A stretch of DNA of 64,000 nucleotides from Methylophaga sp. 41_12_T18. GTDB lineage: Bacteria > Pseudomonadota > Gammaproteobacteria > Nitrosococcales > Methylophagaceae. Made by a program: the position numbers and the translations under genes. This document shows, one piece after another, positions 20,270 to 30,993 of the stretch (the first letter of the stretch is position 1; every line of letters begins with the position of its first letter). The notes under the pieces are model-generated. The model searched no databases, was not told where the DNA came from, and saw only the letters and a program-made list of their open reading frames with translations. The DNA lies in assembly GCA_002163115.1 (NCBI GenBank), contig MAAI01000035.1, positions 24,004 through 88,003 of the forward strand, given 5' to 3'.

Positions 20270-20290
20270 TATTTTTCCTTACTTATTAAT

Positions 20291-20563
20291 TTAAGATTGA
20301 GCGAGTAACTCGTCCAATCGTTGCGATCTCTCTATAGCTAATAGGTCGGTATAACCACCTATGGCCTCATTATTTATAAATATCTGTGGTACGGTTCGTT
20401 GCCGACTTTTTTTCATCATTTCTTGACGTTTTGCAGGATCTAAATCGACACGAATCTCAGTGTACTTGACCCCTTTACGATCTAATAACTGTTTGGCCAT
20501 TACACAATAAGGGCAATGAGCAGATGAATAAACTTCAATTTTAGCCACGTTATTTAATCCCAA
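20291..20563 (-). CDS. grxC: Glutaredoxin 3
   Basis: 90 aa. CPYC active site and TVPQIFI motif. Confidence 0.93.
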   Translation of the reverse strand: MGLNNVAKIEVYSSAHCPYCVMAKQLLDRKGVKYTEIRVDLDPAKRQEMMKKSRQRTVPQIFINNEAIGGYTDLLAIERSQRLDELLAQS

Positions 20564-20989
20564 TTAACTAAATAGCGGTAGCTTGGCATCTTTCCATGTA
20601 TTTAAGCCACCCTTTAATACATACACTTCTGTATAACCAGATTTACCTAATTGCTTAGCGGCTGTACGCGAACGTTGGCCACTGCTACAAATCAAAATTA
20701 TCGGTTGCGCGGTATTTTTTAGCGAACCACTATCTTCGCCTAACTTTGCTAACGGAATATTCAATGAATCAGCAATATGCTCTTTCTCGAACGCTTCAGC
20801 CTCACGAATATCAACAAAAATACCTTTCTGTTGGTTCACTAACTGAATAGCTTGCGCTGTACTTACTGGAGAAATACCGCTTATTTTTTGATGGAGAGCC
20901 TCTGAAAGCACCACCCAAGACAACACGACAAATAACGTTACCAAAATCCAGTGACTTACAATAAATTCACTTAAATTTTCCATACTCAA
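20564..20989 (-). CDS. Membrane-anchored rhodanese-domain protein (YibN-like)
   Basis: 141 aa. N-terminal TM helix. Rhodanese active-site loop CSSGQRS. Same position as E. coli yibN. Confidence 0.85.
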   Translation of the reverse strand: MSMENLSEFIVSHWILVTLFVVLSWVVLSEALHQKISGISPVSTAQAIQLVNQQKGIFVDIREAEAFEKEHIADSLNIPLAKLGEDSGSLKNTAQPIILICSSGQRSRTAAKQLGKSGYTEVYVLKGGLNTWKDAKLPLFS

Positions 20990-21223
20990 CCTTAACTATA
21001 TATTCTAAAATTATCATCTATTGAAACAAATCAGCACTATAAACCACTACTTTGTTCAACCAGAGCAAGAACGTAAATCAACTATGCTCGTCCTCGCATT
21101 TTTCTGAATGACTGTTTTTCGCCACAAAAGGCCATATAATATACGGCATTTTCAATGATGTGCATGTTTTGCATATTACATTGCTATCAAAGAGCCTGTT
21201 TTGAGTAATAAAAGGAAGATTGT

Positions 21224-22759
21224 ATGAGCCAACCTCACCAACCACTAGCGCTAATCATATTAGACGGCTGGGGTTATAGTGAAGATCCAAAATACAATGC
21301 AATTCTTGCTGCCAATACACCTGTTTGGGATAAGTTATGGCTTAATTACCCGCATACTCTAATCAGCGCTTCCGGAGCAGGGGTCGGTCTGCCTGGCAAC
21401 CAAATGGGTAACTCTGAAGTTGGCCACCTTAATTTAGGTGCTGGCCGGGTGGTTTACCAAGAGCTCACCCGAATTAGTCGCGCAATAAAAACCGGTTCAT
21501 TTTTCACTAACCGCACCCTAACAGATGCGGTTGACGGCGCCTTAGCAAAAGACAAAGCCGTCCATATTATGGGTTTACTGTCTCCTGGCGGTGTACACAG
21601 TCATGAAGAACATATTCATGCCATGGTTGAACTAGCAGTCAAACGTGGTGTTAAAAATGTCTACGTGCATGCCTTCCTTGATGGCCGCGATACCGCGCCT
21701 AAAAGTGCCCATGCATCATTAGCAGCTCTAGAAGAAAAAATGGCCCAAGTTGGCGGCGGTAAAATAGCTTCTATCATTGGTCGTTTTTACGCCCTCGATC
21801 GCGATCAACGTTGGGAGCGAGTTGAAAAGGGCTACCAGTTAATTACCGAAGGTACTGCTGAGTTTTCAGCTATTGATGCCACGACCGCACTCGATATGGC
21901 TTATCAGCGTGATGAAAGCGATGAGTTTGTCAAAGCAACCAGTATTGGTGACCAGACAATTAAAGTAGAAGATGGTGATGCCATCGTTTTCATGAATTTT
22001 CGATCTGATCGCGCTCGACAATTAACCAACTCCTTTATTGATGATGAATTTGATGGTTTTTCATTACCGCGAAAAATTGAATTATCGTCGTTTGTGACGC
22101 TAACTGAATACAAAAAAGACTTTAAGGCGCCCATCGCATTCCCATCAGAAAAATTAAACAATGTACTCGGCTCCCACCTTTCATCATTAGGCTTACGTCA
22201 ATTACGCATTGCCGAAACTGAAAAATATGCCCATGTCACCTTCTTCTTTAATGGTGGTCGCGATGAACCTTTTGACGGTGAAGATAGGATCTTAGTGCCG
22301 TCGCCGAAAGTAGAAACCTATGATCTGCAGCCCGAAATGAATGCCGCTGCACTGACTGATAAGTTCGTAGAGGCCATTGAAAGCGATAAATACGATGTCA
22401 TTATTTGTAACTTTGCCAATGCTGACATGGTCGGCCATAGTGGTAATTACGACGCAGCGGTCAATGCAGTAGAGGCACTCGATGAATGTCTAGGTCGAGT
22501 CTGGTCAGCCTTAAAAAAACACGGTGGAGAAATGATCGTTACTGCCGATCACGGCAATGCTGAGTTGATGAAAAATGAGCAAACAGGTCAAGCTCACACT
22601 GCACATACCAGTAACCTAGTGCCGTTAATCTATGCTGGCCGTGAGGTAAGCAATATGAACAAAGGTACCTTATCTGATGTTGCACCCACCATGCTGTCGC
22701 TAATGAACTTACCCATTCCAGCAGAAATGGGTCAAGACTCATTAATTAAATTGAAATAA
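21224..22759 (+). CDS. gpmI: 2,3-bisphosphoglycerate-independent phosphoglycerate mutase
   Basis: 511 aa. [23 protein letters not shown] and TADHGNAE motifs. Confidence 0.96.
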   Translation: MSQPHQPLALIILDGWGYSEDPKYNAILAANTPVWDKLWLNYPHTLISASGAGVGLPGNQMGNSEVGHLNLGAGRVVYQELTRISRAIKTGSFFTNRTLTDAVDGALAKDKAVHIMGLLSPGGVHSHEEHIHAMVELAVKRGVKNVYVHAFLDGRDTAPKSAHASLAALEEKMAQVGGGKIASIIGRFYALDRDQRWERVEKGYQLITEGTAEFSAIDATTALDMAYQRDESDEFVKATSIGDQTIKVEDGDAIVFMNFRSDRARQLTNSFIDDEFDGFSLPRKIELSSFVTLTEYKKDFKAPIAFPSEKLNNVLGSHLSSLGLRQLRIAETEKYAHVTFFFNGGRDEPFDGEDRILVPSPKVETYDLQPEMNAAALTDKFVEAIESDKYDVIICNFANADMVGHSGNYDAAVNAVEALDECLGRVWSALKKHGGEMIVTADHGNAELMKNEQTGQAHTAHTSNLVPLIYAGREVSNMNKGTLSDVAPTMLSLMNLPIPAEMGQDSLIKLK

Positions 22760-22766
22760 ATCTCCC

Positions 22767-23909
22767 GTGTTTATGCGCTGTTATTTATTCATAATATTGT
22801 TAAGCTGCGGCCCATTAATTTGGGCAGCAGATTCTGAGCAACGACTTGAAAGCGTACAAATCGAGATTCAAGCACTCAACCAAGATCGCAACAAAAACAA
22901 CGCTTCTAAAAAAGAGCTGTACGGTCAACTCAAACAACAAAGTCGGACAGTATCTAAGCTACATCGCACGCTAGCCTCAATCGAAAAGTCTCTCAACAAC
23001 AAAACAAAACAATTGACGCAATTAGAACAACAGCAATCAACACAGCAACAATCGCAACAACAGCAACTTGATGCGCTATTTAATCAAATTCGCACAGCTT
23101 ATATGCAGTCACAACCGAGTTACCTCCAAGTGTTGTTAACTCAAAGCGATCCAGCAACCATAGCTAGAACAACCAGCTACTACCGCTATTTTCATCAAGC
23201 ACGCCAACAGCAGCTCACAGAACTAGAACACAGCTTACAAAACCTAACTAAACAACAAAAAACACTGTTTGCAGCCCAAAAAGAACTACAAGATCTGCAT
23301 CAACAACAAAAACAGAAACAACTCGCCCTGCAGCAGCAAACTAAACAGCGAAAAACAACATTGGCACTGCTAGAACAAAAGATTTCCGGCCAAGATGCCC
23401 AACTTGCGTCATTGCATGAAGAAGAACAGTCATTACAAAAGCTATTAAAATCACTGACCACACCCGTCGTTAAAACCACTCAACCACGACCGATCATCAG
23501 CGGTAAAGCTTTTGCCAAACGAAAAGGGGCACTCACTTGGCCGGTGAAAGGAAAACTTCTCGCCCGCTATGGTCGCTCTCGAAATCTTGGTAAACTCACC
23601 TGGAAAGGGATTATGATAGCGGCACCTACCGGTAAAGAGATTGTTGCCACTGCGCCCGGAAAAGTCGTGTTTGCCGACTGGATGAGAGGCTTTGGTTTAT
23701 TAATGATTATTGATCATGGTGATAAATACATGACCTTATATGGCAACAATGAAGCGCTATTGAAACAAGCAGGCGAACAAGTCAATGCTGGTGAACTAAT
23801 CGCTCAAAGTGGTGTTCAAAGCATGCACAAACAAGCAGGTTTATATTTTGAAATTCGACACAAAGGAAGCCCAACCAATCCATTAAAATGGTTGAGCAAA
23901 AAAAGTTAG
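22767..23909 (+). CDS. envC: Murein hydrolase activator EnvC (degenerate LytM/M23 domain)
   Basis: 380 aa. Signal peptide and long Q-rich coiled coil. C-terminal LytM domain with LYFEIRHKG (catalytic His replaced, as in EnvC). Follows gpmI as in E. coli. GTG 22767 or ATG 22773. Confidence 0.85.
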   Translation: MFMRCYLFIILLSCGPLIWAADSEQRLESVQIEIQALNQDRNKNNASKKELYGQLKQQSRTVSKLHRTLASIEKSLNNKTKQLTQLEQQQSTQQQSQQQQLDALFNQIRTAYMQSQPSYLQVLLTQSDPATIARTTSYYRYFHQARQQQLTELEHSLQNLTKQQKTLFAAQKELQDLHQQQKQKQLALQQQTKQRKTTLALLEQKISGQDAQLASLHEEEQSLQKLLKSLTTPVVKTTQPRPIISGKAFAKRKGALTWPVKGKLLARYGRSRNLGKLTWKGIMIAAPTGKEIVATAPGKVVFADWMRGFGLLMIIDHGDKYMTLYGNNEALLKQAGEQVNAGELIAQSGVQSMHKQAGLYFEIRHKGSPTNPLKWLSKKS

Positions 23910-23933
23910 CGAGTTTTTATTTAAGGAAAACAT

Positions 23934-25262
23934 ATGAGTTTTTTCAAACGTGATCTTAGCCTCATCTCTACAGGTGTCGTGTTAGGAGCGAGTTTAGTAT
24001 TCGGCCAAATGGTATTTGCTGATAAGAGCGAACCCCGTCCAGACCTACCATTAGATGAGCTACGTACTTTTTCTGAAGTATTTGGCCGCATCAAAAATAG
24101 TTATGTCGAGCCAGTCGACGACAAACAACTACTGCAAAATGCCATTGAAGGCATGTTGTCAGGCCTTGATCCCCACTCAACCTATCTTGATCTTGATGAC
24201 TTTAAAGATCTACGAGAAGGCACCTCAGGTGAGTTTGGCGGACTCGGTATCGAAGTCACCATGGAAGACGGCTTTGTTAAAGTAGTATCACCTATCGATG
24301 ACACGCCAGCAGCACGCGGCGGCATTCAAGCAGGTGACTTAATTATTCGTCTTGATGACACACCAGTAAAAGGCCTGTCGCTAGGTGATGCTGTAGATAT
24401 CATGCGAGGAAAACCTGATAGTAAGTTATTACTAACTATTATTAGAGACGGTGAAGACAAACCGCTGAAAATCGAATTAACCCGTGCCATTATTAAGGTC
24501 ACGAGCGTTAAACAAAAAATGTTAGAACCTGGTTACGGCTATGTTCGCATCAGTACTTTCCAATCTCGCACTAGCGACAGTTTGAAAGAAGCTATCGGCG
24601 CTTTAAAACAAGAAAATGACGGCAGCCTAAATGGTTTAGTGCTTGATCTTCGTAACAATCCAGGTGGTTTGTTAGATGCTGCGGTTGATGTTTCAGATGC
24701 CTTTATTACTAAAGGTAAAATCGTCTATACCGAAGGTCGCATTAAGGATGCCGCCCAAGAGTTTAATGCCAAACCAAACGACATCTTAAAAGGTGCGCCA
24801 CTGGTGGTATTAGTGAATGGTGGTTCAGCATCCGCTTCTGAAATCGTAGCCGGTGCCTTACAAGATCATCAACGCGCCATCATTTTAGGTAGCAAAACAT
24901 TTGGTAAAGGCTCAGTACAAACCGTCATGCCTCTGACCAATCAAACAGCCGTTAAAATGACAACAGCCCGTTATTTCACTCCTTCTGGCCGCTCTATTCA
25001 AGCTGAAGGGATCGTGCCTGATATTGTCATTGAAAACTTTAAAATCAGTGCTTTAGAAAATAATGAATTTAGTCCATTACGTGAGCAAGATTTATCCGGC
25101 CACTTAGAAAATGGTAATGGTAATGCTGAAACTGAAGCTAAAGATGAAAGTGCTAAGGCTGTTGAAGAAGAAAAGAATGAAGCACCTTTAGCGGTTAGAG
25201 ATTATCCGCTATCACAAGCATTAAACTTATTAAAAGGCATAAACATACTTAATCCTAAATAA
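23934..25262 (+). CDS. S41 carboxyl-terminal processing protease (CtpA/Prc family)
   Basis: 442 aa. PDZ segment (GLGIEV...GGIQAGDLI). Catalytic region GGSASASEIVAGALQD...FGKGSVQ. Confidence 0.92.
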   Translation: MSFFKRDLSLISTGVVLGASLVFGQMVFADKSEPRPDLPLDELRTFSEVFGRIKNSYVEPVDDKQLLQNAIEGMLSGLDPHSTYLDLDDFKDLREGTSGEFGGLGIEVTMEDGFVKVVSPIDDTPAARGGIQAGDLIIRLDDTPVKGLSLGDAVDIMRGKPDSKLLLTIIRDGEDKPLKIELTRAIIKVTSVKQKMLEPGYGYVRISTFQSRTSDSLKEAIGALKQENDGSLNGLVLDLRNNPGGLLDAAVDVSDAFITKGKIVYTEGRIKDAAQEFNAKPNDILKGAPLVVLVNGGSASASEIVAGALQDHQRAIILGSKTFGKGSVQTVMPLTNQTAVKMTTARYFTPSGRSIQAEGIVPDIVIENFKISALENNEFSPLREQDLSGHLENGNGNAETEAKDESAKAVEEEKNEAPLAVRDYPLSQALNLLKGINILNPK

Positions 25263-25276
25263 TAGGAGTGAAGACC

Positions 25277-25834
25277 ATGCCACGAGTACTGATTCCACTC
25301 GCTAATGGCTGTGAAGAGCTTGAAGCCGTCACCTTAATTGATTTATTAAGGCGAGCAGACATTACTGTAATCACAGTCAGTCTGACTTCACAGTTGCAGA
25401 TAACAGCCAGTCGCGGCGTACAACTCGTCGCAGATACTAGCTTGGATGAAGTACTTAATGATGAGTTTGATTTATTGCTGTTACCGGGAGGCATGCCCGG
25501 CTCATCGCACCTAAATGATGATGGTCGTATCCATACCAAAATCAAGCAACAACTTGCCAACAACAAAGCCATCGGTGCTATCTGTGCAGCACCGATGGTA
25601 CTCGCTCATGCAGGTGTTTTAGCTGGCAAAACAGCTACCTGTTATCCCGGCGTACTCACCAGCGAAGACTGGCCAACCATCAATCTAGTCCAGCAGCCAG
25701 TAGTTATTGATGGCAATATCCTGACATCGCAAGGTCCCGGCACAGCCATTGACTTTGCTTTGGCCATCATTGAATATCTAACTAATCCAGCGACTCGCAG
25801 CACTGTTGAAGCTGGACTTATTCGCCCTAGCTAA
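25277..25834 (+). CDS. DJ-1/PfpI family protein (YajL-like)
   Basis: ATG 25277 lies 8 nt after AGGAG; the ORF-track GTG at 25268 is less likely. Nucleophile elbow AICAAP. Confidence 0.88.
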   Translation: MPRVLIPLANGCEELEAVTLIDLLRRADITVITVSLTSQLQITASRGVQLVADTSLDEVLNDEFDLLLLPGGMPGSSHLNDDGRIHTKIKQQLANNKAIGAICAAPMVLAHAGVLAGKTATCYPGVLTSEDWPTINLVQQPVVIDGNILTSQGPGTAIDFALAIIEYLTNPATRSTVEAGLIRPS

Positions 25835-25861
25835 ACCTCAATATCACCAGCGGAAGCCAAT

Positions 25862-26656
25862 ATGAACCCATCTAACATCTCAATTTTGCTGATCGAACCT
25901 TCCTCTATGCAGCAAAAAGTGATTCTGTCTCATTTGAAACAAGCAGGCATAGAAACTATCGATACCGCCAGCAATGGCGAAGAAGCGATTACTTTTATCG
26001 ATAAATACCCACCTGATTTGATTATCAGCGCCATGTACCTGCCTGATATGTCTGCTACTGAACTGCTCATTACCTTGCGTAAAAATGACAGTGAGCGAGA
26101 CATTAACTTTATGCTGGTATCCAGTGAAACTAAGTTCTCAGCGCTTGATCCGATTCGCCAGGCAGGTGTCATTGCCATCTTGCCAAAACCGTTTAGTTAC
26201 GATGATTTAACGCTTGCACTCAATACGACCTTGGAATATATCGATCCAGAAGAGATCGCCCTTAAAAACTATGATGTTACTGATTTAAACGTCTTAGTTG
26301 TTGATGACAGCAATATGGCCAGAAAACATCTATCGCGGGTCTTAACCAATATCGGCATCACCAAAATCACTACCGCTATAAATGGCTTAGAAGCGATTGA
26401 TGAAATCAAAGCACAAACCTTTGATTTAATTGTCACCGACTTCAACATGCCAGAAATGGATGGTCAGCAACTGATCGAATATGTGCGTAATGAGATGGGT
26501 AATACCTTTGTACCAATCTTAATGGTGACCAGCGAAGAAAATGAAACCCGCCTAGGCAATGTGCAACAAGCCGGCGTATCAGCTATTTGTGACAAACCGT
26601 TTGAGCCGCAAACAGTACGTGAAATCCTATTCCGTATCCTCGACGATCACGCATAA
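25862..26656 (+). CDS. Stand-alone tandem receiver protein (degenerate REC + canonical REC)
   Basis: 264 aa. REC2 has VVDDS, LIVTDFNMPEMDG, MVTS and DKPF. REC1 has EP instead of DD and Ala at the phospho-acceptor position (DLIISAMYLPDM). Confidence 0.85.
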   Translation: MNPSNISILLIEPSSMQQKVILSHLKQAGIETIDTASNGEEAITFIDKYPPDLIISAMYLPDMSATELLITLRKNDSERDINFMLVSSETKFSALDPIRQAGVIAILPKPFSYDDLTLALNTTLEYIDPEEIALKNYDVTDLNVLVVDDSNMARKHLSRVLTNIGITKITTAINGLEAIDEIKAQTFDLIVTDFNMPEMDGQQLIEYVRNEMGNTFVPILMVTSEENETRLGNVQQAGVSAICDKPFEPQTVREILFRILDDHA

Positions 26657-27543
26657 GTCGGCGTCACATGCTGTTTACCTAAGTCGATAAAGGTCTGCAT
26701 ATAATTAATATCTAAATCCTGTGTCCGCACAGCAGCAGATAAGGTTTTATGCAGACCCGACTTGCCCAACCGCACCACCGACACCGCTAGGCTTTGACTT
26801 AACTCTTCCGCCAACCAATTAGGCAACACCGTCACACCACGGTTCAAACTCACCATCTGCACCATCAAGTCGACAGATTCCATTGGCTTGGTTTTCGGCG
26901 TCACTGATGCCGGCAATAAAAACTGAGTAAACACATCCAGACGATCATGGCTAATAGGGAAGGTGAACAATACTTCATCTGCCAACATCTCCGGAGTAAC
27001 ACTTGTTTTCGCTGCTAATCGGTTCACGTTCGCGACTAATAACACCAATTCATAATCAAACATCGGCTCATAATGCACGCCTTTCTTTTTGACCATATCA
27101 GGCGTAACCAGCAAATCAATATGATGATTTAACAAGCCTTCCAAGCCTGAAAACTGAAATTTCGACACGATATCGACATCCATTTCTGGCATGGCGATTA
27201 AATAGTCAGCCAAAATTCCTTTCAGCCATTGATAACAAGGGTGACATTCCACCCCGACCCGTAAGATCCCTTGCCGACCTTCGCCATAGGCTTTAACTGT
27301 TTTCTCTGTTTGCTCCAACACCGGCAAGACTTGTCTCGCCACCTGCAATATCAACTCACCCGCCTGCGTTAAGCGGATCTGGCGACCATCCTTCTGCCAC
27401 AAGCTAACCTCGAGCTTTTTCTCCAAGTACCGTATTTGATGCGACAAGGCTGATTGCGTTAAAAACAGGGCATTGGCAGCGGCAGTTAACGTGCCGTTAT
27501 CCGCCAAGGCTTTAATGATCTTTAAATGAGAGCGCTCAATCAT
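26647..27543 (-). CDS. metR: LysR-family transcriptional activator MetR
   Basis: 298 aa. MIERSHLKIIKALADNGTLTAAANALFLTQSALSHQI closely resembles MetR. Divergent from metE. Confidence 0.88.
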   Translation of the reverse strand: MIERSHLKIIKALADNGTLTAAANALFLTQSALSHQIRYLEKKLEVSLWQKDGRQIRLTQAGELILQVARQVLPVLEQTEKTVKAYGEGRQGILRVGVECHPCYQWLKGILADYLIAMPEMDVDIVSKFQFSGLEGLLNHHIDLLVTPDMVKKKGVHYEPMFDYELVLLVANVNRLAAKTSVTPEMLADEVLFTFPISHDRLDVFTQFLLPASVTPKTKPMESVDLMVQMVSLNRGVTVLPNWLAEELSQSLAVSVVRLGKSGLHKTLSAAVRTQDLDINYMQTFIDLGKQHVTPTYA

Positions 27544-27642
27544 CTATGAATATTTCTCATGAAATAGTTAAAAACCATCATTATTCCTCATAAGTGTTCC
27601 TGTCTACAATAGCTATTTTTTACACATAACGAAGGAAAGACG

Positions 27643-29919
27643 ATGGCGATTACCCATAACCTTGGGTTTCCACGTATTGGGAAAAACCGAGAACTCAAAT
27701 TTGCACTAGAATCATTTTGGCGACAACACACCACCAGCGAAGATCTACAAAACACCGCTCAACAATTGAGAAAAACCCATTGGCAACTGCAACAACAGCT
27801 TGATTGGCTGCCAGTCGGTGACTTCTCACTGTATGACCATGTATTAGATACCAGTGCCCTTGTTGGCAACTTACCAAACCGTGTCAGCCAAGACCAAGAT
27901 GAGCTCACGCAATACTTCCAAGTTGCTCGCGGCCAAACACACAGTCATTGTCAGCAAACGGCTGCCGGTGAAATGACCAAGTGGTTTGATACCAACTATC
28001 ACTACATCGTGCCTGAGTTTGATGCCAACACCACTTTCAGCCTGCATGCCGACAAGCTCATTGCCCAAGTTGAAGAGGCCAAAGCACTCGGTCACAACAT
28101 CAAGCCGGTTTTACTAGGTCCAGTCACTTACTTATGGCTAGGTAAAAGCAAAGACAGCAGCAATAAACTCGATCACTTAGATAACTTACTCGCAACTTAT
28201 GAACGACTACTGATCAGCCTAGAACAAGCAGGGGTAGAGTGGCTGCAAATTGATGAGCCTATCTTAGTCACCGAACTCGATGCATCATGGCAACATGCAC
28301 TCAAACAAGCGTATTTGGCATTAAACAAATCGTCTATCAAGCTATTACTGACCAGCTATTTTGGTGAACTCAAAGAAAACCTACACTTTGCTTGCGAGTT
28401 ACCGGTGGCTGGCCTACATATCGATGCCATCAATGGCTTTGAAGAAATCAGCAGAGTGATCGATTGGTTACCAAGTCACAAAGTATTATCACTAGGCGTG
28501 ATCAATGGTCGTAATATCTGGATCAACGATCTCAATAAAACCTTAGACTGGTTAACGCCCATCCAACAACGCTTGCAAGATAGGCTGTGGCTTGCACCTT
28601 CTTGCTCACTATTACATGTGCCGGTTGATCTCGATAGCGAACAAAACCTCGATCACGACATCAGTTCATGGCTCGCCTTTGCAGTACAAAAGTTAGATGA
28701 ACTCAACATTCTCGCCACCGCCTTAAACCAAGGCAAAGATGCCGTTGCCGAAGAGCTGATCATTAACGAGTTTGCTATCAAATCTCGCCAGCAATCTAAT
28801 CGTGTCCATAACCCCTTGGTTAAAACACGCGTCGGCGGAATCAATGATAGTTTTGCATTACGCAATAGTAGTTATCCACAACGTGCCGCCATTCAACAAC
28901 AACGCTTTAACTTACCGTTATACCCAACCACCACCATTGGCTCGTTCCCACAAACAGACGAGATCAGACAAGCACGCAAACAATATCGGCTGGGCAAACT
29001 TGATGAAGGGCAATATCAACAGTTCATCAAACAAGAAATCAGCCATGCCATCGAACAACAAGAATCTATTGGCCTAGATGTATTAGTACACGGCGAAGCA
29101 GAGCGTAACGACATGGTCGAATACTTTGGTGAACAACTCGATGGCTATGCCTTTAGCCAATTTGGTTGGGTACAATCTTATGGTTCACGCTGTGTAAAAC
29201 CGCCGATCATCTTTGGTGATATCTCACGACCACAAGCCATGACGGTTGAGTGGGCAACTTATGCACAATCATTAAGTGATAAACCCGTTAAAGGCATGCT
29301 GACCGGCCCAGTGACGATCTTAAACTGGTCGTTTGTTCGTGATGATCAACCGCGATCAGAAACCTGCTTACAACTCGCCTTAGCGATACGCGATGAAGTA
29401 TTAGACCTCGAACAAGCCGGCATCAACATCATTCAAATTGATGAAGCGGCATTGCGTGAAGGTTTGCCATTACGACAATCACAGTGGCAACAGTATTTAG
29501 ACTGGGCAATAAAAAGCTTCAAGATCACTGCCAATGGCGTCAAAGACCAAACTCAAATCCACACCCACATGTGTTATTCCGAGTTTAATGACATTATCCA
29601 AGCCATTGCCGATATGGATGCTGACGTAATCACCATCGAAACCTCACGTTCCGATATGGAACTACTCGATGTCTTTAACGAATTTAACTACCCCAACGAA
29701 ATAGGGCCAGGTGTCTATGATATCCACAGCCCCAATATTCCATCGGTGGATGAAATCGTCGACTTAATTACCAAAGCAGCACAACGGATTCCTGCTGAAC
29801 GACTGTGGATAAATCCAGATTGCGGTTTAAAAACCCGTCGCTGGCAAGAAGTAAAACCAGCTCTAGCTGCCATGGTCAGCGCCAGTGAAGTACTGCGTTC
29901 TAAACGCGAAGCAGCCTAA
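27643..29919 (+). CDS. metE: Cobalamin-independent methionine synthase
   Basis: 758 aa. [20 protein letters not shown]-terminus. C-terminal Zn ligand region HMCYSEF ... NPDCGLKTR. Confidence 0.97.
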   Translation: MAITHNLGFPRIGKNRELKFALESFWRQHTTSEDLQNTAQQLRKTHWQLQQQLDWLPVGDFSLYDHVLDTSALVGNLPNRVSQDQDELTQYFQVARGQTHSHCQQTAAGEMTKWFDTNYHYIVPEFDANTTFSLHADKLIAQVEEAKALGHNIKPVLLGPVTYLWLGKSKDSSNKLDHLDNLLATYERLLISLEQAGVEWLQIDEPILVTELDASWQHALKQAYLALNKSSIKLLLTSYFGELKENLHFACELPVAGLHIDAINGFEEISRVIDWLPSHKVLSLGVINGRNIWINDLNKTLDWLTPIQQRLQDRLWLAPSCSLLHVPVDLDSEQNLDHDISSWLAFAVQKLDELNILATALNQGKDAVAEELIINEFAIKSRQQSNRVHNPLVKTRVGGINDSFALRNSSYPQRAAIQQQRFNLPLYPTTTIGSFPQTDEIRQARKQYRLGKLDEGQYQQFIKQEISHAIEQQESIGLDVLVHGEAERNDMVEYFGEQLDGYAFSQFGWVQSYGSRCVKPPIIFGDISRPQAMTVEWATYAQSLSDKPVKGMLTGPVTILNWSFVRDDQPRSETCLQLALAIRDEVLDLEQAGINIIQIDEAALREGLPLRQSQWQQYLDWAIKSFKITANGVKDQTQIHTHMCYSEFNDIIQAIADMDADVITIETSRSDMELLDVFNEFNYPNEIGPGVYDIHSPNIPSVDEIVDLITKAAQRIPAERLWINPDCGLKTRRWQEVKPALAAMVSASEVLRSKREAA

Positions 29920-29928
29920 ATCAACTCG

Positions 29929-29965
29929 CTTGCACCTGACAGGATGTTGGGTGCAGGCTTTATTT
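29929..29965 (+). terminator. Possible terminator/attenuating hairpin between metE and the homocysteine methyltransferase gene
   Basis: cttgcacc / ggtgcagg gives an 8-bp stem (one G-U pair) with a 13-nt loop, followed by CTTTATTT. Confidence 0.4.
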
Positions 29966-29978
29966 AGAAACAAACACC

Positions 29979-30875
29979 ATGAAAAAACTACTAGAAAACA
30001 ACCCACTGGTACTAATGGAAGCCGCCGTTGTTGAACAACTTCGCCGAAGCAAAGACGTGCAGTTAGATGCCTTATTGGCTAATGCACCATTAATCTATGA
30101 CCCGATAGCCAGCAAAGCGATGACAGCGATTTATCAACAACATATGGAACTCGCACAACAAGCAGACTTGCCAATGCTGCTATGCACACCGACATGGCGA
30201 GCAGGCAAAGATCGTGTCGAACAATCTGGCATCAGCAACACCATCAATAGCGATGCCGTTGCTTTCATGCAAAATATTAGATTGAGTGACAACATCAAGA
30301 TCGGCGGCATGATTGGTTGTAAAAATGATTGTTACCAACCCGATGAAGGTTTATCTGTTCAACAAGCCGAACTGTTCCATCGTTGGCAAATCGAACAACT
30401 AGCAACAGCAGGCGTAGACTTCCTCATCGCCGAAACCTTACCGAATATTAATGAAGCGCTCGGCATCGCCAAAGTCATGGCCGCAACCAACATTCCCTAC
30501 ATCATTAGTTTTGTAATCAGCCGTGATGGCAAAGTTCTCGATGGCACAACACTTGATGCCGCCATACAATTCATCGATAAAAATACTCAACACCCACCGC
30601 TAGGCTACATGGTCAACTGTGTTCACCCATCATTCTTATGCCCAAATACGCAAACAACTAAAGTATTTAAACGGTTAATCGGCTTTCAAGCTAACGCCTC
30701 ATCCCTCGATCATTGTGATCTTGAAAATGCTGGAGAGTTACATACAGACGATATTGCCGAGTGGGGCGAGTTAATGCTCAATCTCAACGCCAACTACGGC
30801 ATGAAAATATTAGGTGGCTGCTGCGGAACGAATATCGAACACCTGAGATACCTCATAACAAACAACTCAAAGTAG
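29979..30875 (+). CDS. mmuM: Homocysteine S-methyltransferase (MmuM-like)
   Basis: 298 aa. Zn-binding Cys motifs MVNCVHP and LGGCCGT are characteristic of the Hcy S-methyltransferase domain. Confidence 0.8.
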   Translation: MKKLLENNPLVLMEAAVVEQLRRSKDVQLDALLANAPLIYDPIASKAMTAIYQQHMELAQQADLPMLLCTPTWRAGKDRVEQSGISNTINSDAVAFMQNIRLSDNIKIGGMIGCKNDCYQPDEGLSVQQAELFHRWQIEQLATAGVDFLIAETLPNINEALGIAKVMAATNIPYIISFVISRDGKVLDGTTLDAAIQFIDKNTQHPPLGYMVNCVHPSFLCPNTQTTKVFKRLIGFQANASSLDHCDLENAGELHTDDIAEWGELMLNLNANYGMKILGGCCGTNIEHLRYLITNNSK

Positions 30876-30911
30876 CGATGATTTAAATCTGTCCAGCCCC
30901 AAGAGGAGGTA

Positions 30912-30993
30912 ATGACAATCCTTCTAAAAACACCTATAGTCCACAACTAACTAAATCATTAAGAAAAGGAATTCAAACAATGAAAAGTCATCT
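30912..30993 (+). promoter_or_regulatory. Copy 1 of a duplicated promoter/5'-UTR/start-codon module
   Basis: ATGACA (30912-30917), 17-nt spacer, TATAGT (30935-30940). A 36-nt core at 30955-30990 (atcattaagaaaaggaattcaaacaatgaaaagtca) matches 38400-38435 at 35/36. It contains an AAGGA RBS and ATG 30980. Confidence 0.5.

Noticed and set aside
22980-23350. CAA/CAG-rich repetitive stretch
   Set aside because: It encodes the Gln-rich coiled coil of EnvC. This is low-complexity coding sequence, not a repeat element.
25255-25572. 105-aa ORF antisense to the DJ-1 family gene
   Set aside because: A shadow ORF with Ser-rich translation inside a supported CDS.
27544-27642. Cobalamin riboswitch upstream of metE
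   Set aside because: The 5' region is only 99 nt and is shared with the divergent metR. That is too short for the ~200-nt element, and no B12-box-like sequence was noticed.
30942-30960. Possible Fur box inside the duplicated module (AATCATTA resembles the right half of the Fur consensus)
   Set aside because: Hand alignment to GATAATGATAATCATTATC gives only about 10/19 in both copies. That is half-site similarity in AT-rich DNA, not convincing.
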